Source: Epithemia pelagica
Lineage: Eukaryota > Protista > Bacillariophyta
Direction: 5' to 3'
Length of the DNA stretch: 64,000 nucleotides
NCBI GenBank assembly: GCA_946965045.2
Contig: OX337236.1
Span: 2,356,001-2,420,000 of the forward strand
This document shows positions 59,617 through 64,000 of this stretch, one piece after another. Position numbers and translations under genes: made by a program. Numbering within the stretch: position 1 is the first letter of the stretch; every line of letters begins with the position of its first letter. Under the pieces are notes generated by a model that saw only the letters and a list, made by a program, of their open reading frames with translations, was not told the DNA's origin and made no database searches.

Positions 59617-60654
59617 ATGTTTTTCTTCTCATCATTGTCTTTGGGTCCTCTCTGTCTTGTTCTGGCGGAGCTGGTCACCTCCAATGGTGGCATCACAACT
59701 GCTTCCTCATTACCTCGCTTTTGGGGACGACATCCCACCTTGAAACGTTCGTTATCAATACGAGGGGGTGCTATTGCCAGTACCTATGCGTTGCAATTGG
59801 AGGCTGTTAAGGCCAATGTATTGCAATCGGCCATGGCGGAAATGGACGAATTACGTCGTCAGGTAGTGGACCAGGGGCAAGTCATTGCCGATTTTGGACA
59901 AGTGGCGGAAACCTTGTGCCAACAAGCCTTGGAAGAATTCGCTGCGTCGGCTCCAGATGCAGCCGCAGCGGCTAGCAAGAGCGAGAGTGGCAGCGATCCG
60001 GAAGTGTTTTGGGATGCCTCTTCAGGAGAAGCAGCGGCGGCCTACGATGCCAAATTGACCGAATTGGAATTGGCCTTGGATGCTCCCTTGCAGTTGTTGT
60101 TTTACAAGCAATTGTCGTACATTCGTGAACAGGCCTTGCAACGATACCGTACCGCCATTCAGACCGACAGTAGTTTATCGGAATTTGAGGCCATGTCTCA
60201 AGCCGATGCCGTATTTGTTCGTATGGCCAATGAAGCCACGCGAGAAAGTGCGATGAGTAGCGGTGGTAGCAGCGACGAATGGGATTCGTCCAAGGAGCGT
60301 GCTTTTTTGCAAAGTATTCTGAATCAAATGGCATCAACGAGCCGACAAGCTTCCAAAGTGAAACAAGATGCCGTCTTGCAACATCAGTCAGTGATGCAAT
60401 TTCTGCAACAGCAACAACAGATGATTCAGCAGCTGCAGATGCAGTTGTACGGACAATCCAGTCCATGGAATGTAGGAGTCGCCTATCGCATTCCAGATAC
60501 CAATTTCAATTTGCAAGGCACATACCAACAAGGGCGGGCCAATGTCCAATTGAGTTGCGTACCGGATGAATACGCCCCATTCCTGGGACCTAATGGCTTC
60601 ACCAATGGTGTCGGACCGGGAAATCTCGGATTGTCTGTCAATCTGAGTATCTAA
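59617..60654 (+). CDS. Signal-peptide/RGG-leader helical protein, possibly related to the Sey1/RHD3 C-terminal region
   Basis: Hydrophobic leader, LSIRGG motif, helical core, and conserved-looking tail SPWNVGVAYRIPDTNFNLQGTYQQGRANVQLSCVPDE. Family link tentative. Confidence 0.65.
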   Translation: MFFFSSLSLGPLCLVLAELVTSNGGITTASSLPRFWGRHPTLKRSLSIRGGAIASTYALQLEAVKANVLQSAMAEMDELRRQVVDQGQVIADFGQVAETLCQQALEEFAASAPDAAAAASKSESGSDPEVFWDASSGEAAAAYDAKLTELELALDAPLQLLFYKQLSYIREQALQRYRTAIQTDSSLSEFEAMSQADAVFVRMANEATRESAMSSGGSSDEWDSSKERAFLQSILNQMASTSRQASKVKQDAVLQHQSVMQFLQQQQQMIQQLQMQLYGQSSPWNVGVAYRIPDTNFNLQGTYQQGRANVQLSCVPDEYAPFLGPNGFTNGVGPGNLGLSVNLSI

Positions 60655-60745
60655 GACCATTATTCCTTTGTGTAGGGGCTGATTACATTGTTTCTCATGG
60701 ACCCACCGTATTAAACTATCTCACAACTGGCAGGAAATATTTTTT

Positions 60746-62725
60746 CTAGAGGTGATAACTCAAGTAGGCCTGGCTACGCAAATACGAACGCATAGCTGCT
60801 TTCCCCGTCATCATGGTATTGAGACTGCTACTCATTGTGCCATTTTGGGGAGTAGGATGGCAACACTTGGGGGTCGTGGGTGGAGGGGGAGGACCATTGG
60901 GGTATCCCACAGCCTCAAGCCACCAGGCTGGATATCCCACCATCTGGGACATGCCGCCACCATCGGAGTCATTATCATTCGGCAATTCATTGACAAAACC
61001 ACTGGCATATTTGAACAGCAACTCATCCGATAAGGACCAGAGGGATGACACGATTTTGGCCGCATTATCCATCAGAGTGTCATCAATAAGATTTTGAATT
61101 GTGAGTTCGTGCTGATCATGGTCTGGAAGGTCACTGTCGCCGACGGTTTCAACGCTTCTTGATATCTTCATCCCATATACCTGTTCTTCCAACTGTGATA
61201 CTATATTGAGAGAAGCTTGTTCCAGAGCATCTTGTCTTTTCGTGACGTCTTGAATGGCGTAGGACCATTTCAGATTAGCCACATTGTGTGTGACACATGC
61301 TGCCCAAAAAGCAGATTCACCACGACCAAAGACTCGTTGATGCGCGCTACGAAAAGAGGCTGGTATGTCGGACATGGCGGGAACAAAGGGTGTAAAAACA
61401 CTTCCTAGAGGGGATGCTGGGGCAAACCACAAGACGGCACCCAACGATCCCACATGTTCCATACCTGGGAGCTTATTCGAACCATCGCTTTTTGACTGTA
61501 CCACATAGGTATCACTTGTGCGATATAGACCAATGGGACGTTCCCAATTGCCCTGAACTTGAGTTTCTCCTTCACCAGCCTTCCATCGATCTGGAGAACT
61601 AAATGGACCACCGGCCAAGTTTCCCACTGCTGTCATATCGTACGGTGTGCCTTGATAGCTGTAACGATGAAAGCGAAACAAATCTTGAACAGACAACAAG
61701 TTCTTGGGCTTGGTGTAGACTGGATAGACTGGATTTGATTGTAGATCATCCTCGTAATCCGCTGGTAAATCATCTCGTCCCACCAGGTAGTAGGCACCCC
61801 ACATACGCCGACCACTGTAATACTTATGTGCATATTCACCATCGCTGTAAATCTTGGTGAAGTCCAACAATCCATCTTCAGGTTTCCACCAACCATAATC
61901 CAAAGCCACTTGATGAACGGAAGGACTCATAAGGAAATGGTCCGTGTCCTCCGGATCGACTTGACGAATCACAAACATATTTGCCAAAACAGCAAAGCTA
62001 TCATCGGGAATCCGTTGTGCGGCCCAAATGGCCGATTTCCCCGTTGGATCAGGCAAAATGTGAAAAATCCAAGCCTCGTTGGGATCCGTGACACCCAGGG
62101 ATTCGGCCGTTCCTTCAAATTCACCTGCTCCGTAAAAGCCATACTGGACGGCCAAGTGACCCATAATCATAATAGCTTGTCGCGCTGTTTTACTACGTTC
62201 CAAGGCCACATGTGTCAGTTCATCAATCGAGAACATGGCCGTCCCATTGGGATGTCCTCGGGGAATGGCACCAAATACTGCACTACAGGTCGATTCTCCA
62301 ATTCCCACGTTGTATTCATTGACAGCACCATATGTTTCTTCTAAATACGCAAATGTATGAGGAACTTGACGAATGTAGCCAATGGGTTCAAAAGGAGACT
62401 CGGAAGAACTCTGGTTGCCAGGATAGTATTCTGGAATTCCTCGTTCTGTACCGACATAACGAGGATAGTCCTCGGGTGACCAATACACTGGACGAGCTGG
62501 CCATGATCCAACACCACCATCGTCCATTGGGGAATGGTGATCTTGTGCTGGAACCTTGACCAACCGTGGATCCGTATCGAATTCCCCATCGTTCGAATGG
62601 CTGACCAAAACAGAACCATCGGTGGTGGCATCCTTTCCCACCAAAAATACGGTACAACCAAATGCCCGACCAGGAATCAATGCTGACACAGCAGCCAGAA
62701 CATAATAGAACCGAAACTGGAACAT
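60746..62725 (-). CDS. Peptidase family C69 (dipeptidase A/secernin-like), secreted
   Basis: Signal peptide then N-terminal nucleophile CTVFLVGKDATTDGSVLVSHSND. Also VNEYNVGIGESTC, DPNEAWIFH, WAAQRIPDD, ANMFVIR, YSGRRMW. Confidence 0.92.
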   Translation of the reverse strand: MFQFRFYYVLAAVSALIPGRAFGCTVFLVGKDATTDGSVLVSHSNDGEFDTDPRLVKVPAQDHHSPMDDGGVGSWPARPVYWSPEDYPRYVGTERGIPEYYPGNQSSSESPFEPIGYIRQVPHTFAYLEETYGAVNEYNVGIGESTCSAVFGAIPRGHPNGTAMFSIDELTHVALERSKTARQAIMIMGHLAVQYGFYGAGEFEGTAESLGVTDPNEAWIFHILPDPTGKSAIWAAQRIPDDSFAVLANMFVIRQVDPEDTDHFLMSPSVHQVALDYGWWKPEDGLLDFTKIYSDGEYAHKYYSGRRMWGAYYLVGRDDLPADYEDDLQSNPVYPVYTKPKNLLSVQDLFRFHRYSYQGTPYDMTAVGNLAGGPFSSPDRWKAGEGETQVQGNWERPIGLYRTSDTYVVQSKSDGSNKLPGMEHVGSLGAVLWFAPASPLGSVFTPFVPAMSDIPASFRSAHQRVFGRGESAFWAACVTHNVANLKWSYAIQDVTKRQDALEQASLNIVSQLEEQVYGMKISRSVETVGDSDLPDHDQHELTIQNLIDDTLMDNAAKIVSSLWSLSDELLFKYASGFVNELPNDNDSDGGGMSQMVGYPAWWLEAVGYPNGPPPPPTTPKCCHPTPQNGTMSSSLNTMMTGKAAMRSYLRSQAYLSYHL

Positions 62726-63076
62726 GGTACCACCATCAAAGGACGGAAGGATCAGTTCCATTGTCAGAAAACGAGAGAGAAGCGAAGATCTTTCCTATTC
62801 GGGACTGGAGGAAGCAAGTCCCGTGTCTTTATCTGGGTGGGGTCTCTGGGTCGTAGTGGGGTCGGAATCTATGTTCTCGCAGATTCGTTGTACCCAAGTA
62901 CGATCCATCACCATCACCTGTGCCGCAAAGCAGACAACAAAACAGAAAAGAGCCATGCACATGCACCCCCGAGCCCGAGACTGAAGAAGACAAAATGTAG
63001 TTTCCGGTCCACTTCAGCAAGGCCACAGACTACAAGGACATACGGAGTCTATTTCCAATCCCCAATCGTAGACGCC

Positions 63077-64000
63077 TGTCACGGTACAAACCGCCTCCTC
63101 GTCTCACACACACACACTCAACTCGAAAACAGTCGCACCAAAAGAATCCACATCACGAAATCACCTTAGTTAGTCTTAGAACAAAACCATAACTTTTCAA
63201 ACAAAACATTCACAAACTAAAATGACCCACCTTTACGAACAACACGACAATGGCGGTCGGAACGTCGAGATCTTTACGACGCCAACTCACCAAATTGTCC
63301 AAACTTACTCCCTATCGGGAATTCACAACTCCGCACGTACAACGACACGTTATGAGCCCAAGCGTTACCACTGGAGTGTCATACTGATTATCTTACATTG
63401 CCTAATGTCACAGTTGCTCAGGAACAATGTTGAACAGCCCCTAATCGTGATGCGACAGAAAGTATATATGCCTTCCGCATCAACCCGAACTCTTCCGCCT
63501 CCTTTCAACACGAAGTGGGATTCAAATCATATACTTTCACACAACTCCCACCAGTTCGACGTTTTTGCATTTGAAGGACAGATCTCACAGTTCGACTTTC
63601 CGAAGCTTATCGATACAACATCTTTGTTCTCCTCAGCATACCCCAGCTCTCTTTCGACCATGACCGTTGAAGAAACTCCTCCCCCGACTCCTGAGAAAAA
63701 GGACGAAGGAAAGTCCGATCCTTTGAAGACTCCCATTAAGACCCCGTCGGTGAAGGATGTAACTCTCAACGGGATCACCTTTACCAAGAAGAAGCATCGT
63801 ACGTTCGAACTGGGAGCTTTCGCGGAGACTGTCACTCCTGACTATCGTATCAAGTTGCATGGTAAAGCCCTTTTCGACTTTCGCAACGAAGCTGTGGCTG
63901 AGCTAAGCGAACCTTTTAGCCTCACGACGGCCAGCATTCGTATTACCGACGACAAGACTTTCTTCCTTCATAATAACAAAGTTATGAAACAGATTTACCT
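63077..64000 (+). mobile_element. 5' end of a Ty1/Copia-like LTR retrotransposon: LTR ~63077-63347, PBS 63349-63359, gag-like ORF from 63660 running off the window
   Basis: Putative LTR TGTCACGGTAC...GTACAACGACA has TG..CA ends with imperfect terminal inverted repeats. It is followed by GTTATGAGCCC, complementary to the anticodon half of initiator tRNA-Met. An uninterrupted ORF MTVEETPPPTPEKK... extends past 64000. 3' LTR and TSD lie outside the window. Confidence 0.7.

Noticed and set aside
1-64000. rRNA or tRNA genes
   Set aside because: No recognisable rRNA segments or cloverleaf with A/B boxes seen. The only tRNA-related match is the 11-nt PBS at 63349-63359.

Overview
Eukaryotic nuclear DNA with short GT-AG introns. 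Bipartite plastid-targeting leaders and diatom-type protein motifs suggest a pennate diatom (inference). Housekeeping genes are RRP5, Mpv17/PMP22, an FkbM-type methyltransferase, a tandem CIA30-domain protein, an alpha/beta hydrolase and a C69 peptidase. There is also an inverted pair of GT96 (serine galactosyltransferase-like) genes. The accessory content is large. (1) An ~8.7 kb TA-flanked, TIR-bounded pogo-like (Tc1/mariner superfamily) element at 47542-56237 carries a disrupted ~1,270-codon transposase plus cargo: a protein with three SUMO-interacting motifs and a captured ankyrin-like gene fragment. (2) A tandem pair of apparently cytosolic RelA/SpoT-synthetase-like nucleotidyltransferase genes, one with a PH-like N-terminus. 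(3) Two Crinkler/RHS-type P-loop NTPase + PD-(D/E)XK nuclease genes, one intact and one broken. (4) A bacterial-type PhnB/VOC gene split at a TTT-TGA +1 site. (5) Three MITE/hAT-type insertions with flanking target-site repeats. (6) The 5' end of a Copia-like LTR retroelement with a half-tRNA-Met primer site. (7) A candidate H/ACA snoRNA in the RRP5 intron. No rRNA, tRNA or CRISPR array was seen. All family calls come from motifs read by eye, not database searches. Several single-base frameshifts in short homopolymers could be consensus errors.
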